From NCBI GenBank assembly GCA_000934665.2, contig JYFJ02001033.1, positions 62,001 to 94,846 of the forward strand: a stretch of 32,846 nucleotides of DNA. Direction: 5' to 3'. The stretch's first letter is position 1. Each line of letters begins with the position of its first letter. Below the pieces are notes generated by a model that was given only the letters and a program-made list of their open reading frames with translations, was not told the origin of the DNA and made no database searches. The position numbers were made by a program, and so were the translations under genes. Of the stretch, positions 32,450 through 32,846 are shown piece after piece. Source of the stretch: Catajapyx aquilonaris. Its lineage: Eukaryota.

Positions 32450-32846
32450 GTCCGGGCCCTAAGCGCAAAAATCAGGCCTAACCTTGCATTTTTGGATAAG
32501 AAGGTGCCACTTGGCACATATGTTCCTTAGGCCTATAGGAGCAATTCCAGAGTTGCAGGCAACTGATCGGCCCCTTAGGTCACGAGTTATGCGGTGTTGC
32601 CAACATGGCCGGGGATGACCTGAGCGTTTTTAATGTTGCATTTTGTGATAAGAAGGTGCCGCTTGGCACATAATTATGTTCCCTAGGTCTGTAGGAGTCG
32701 TTTGAGACATGGCGGCACTTGATCGGCTCCTTAGGTCAGGAGTTATGCTGTGTTGCCAACCTGGTCCTGGACCTAAGCGTTTTGTACCATTTTTAACTTT
32801 GCATTTTGGGATAAGAAGGTGCCACTTGGCACATATGTTCCTTAGG
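32450..32846. repeat. Diverged tandem repeat with a 150-165-bp unit, running off the window
   Basis: TTGCATTTTNNGATAAGAAGGTGCCRCTTGGCACATA..TGTTCCYTAGG recurs near 32485, 32636 and 32799. Confidence 0.85.

Overview
Eukaryotic, intron-containing animal DNA, most likely an invertebrate/arthropod; the organism cannot be named from the sequence. By splicing exons by hand at GT/GC-AG sites with consistent phase I reconstruct five genes: (1) + strand TTL-family ATP-grasp ligase (TTLL15-like, 497 aa) with an N-terminal hydrophobic signal/anchor; (2) + strand thioester protein of the alpha-2-macroglobulin/TEP family (10 exons, 1627 aa) with intact GCGEQ, an RRRRR processing site, a catalytic-position His and a C-terminal NTR/C345C-like domain; (3) - strand glycine N-acyltransferase-like GNAT (273 aa); (4) - strand compact SLF2/FAM178-like protein (about 438 aa); (5) + strand EXOSC10/Rrp6-like DEDDy exonuclease that appears to lack its N-terminal PMC2NT domain, has a GC-AG intron and runs off the window. 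Introns and intergenic DNA hold many mobile elements: tRNA-derived SINEs of four families with target-site duplications, Tc1/mariner, hAT and Harbinger remnants, a 687-bp near-complete palindrome, smaller hairpins and tandem repeats. I see no CRISPR array, rRNA or true tRNA gene. Family assignments come from motif recognition, not database searches.
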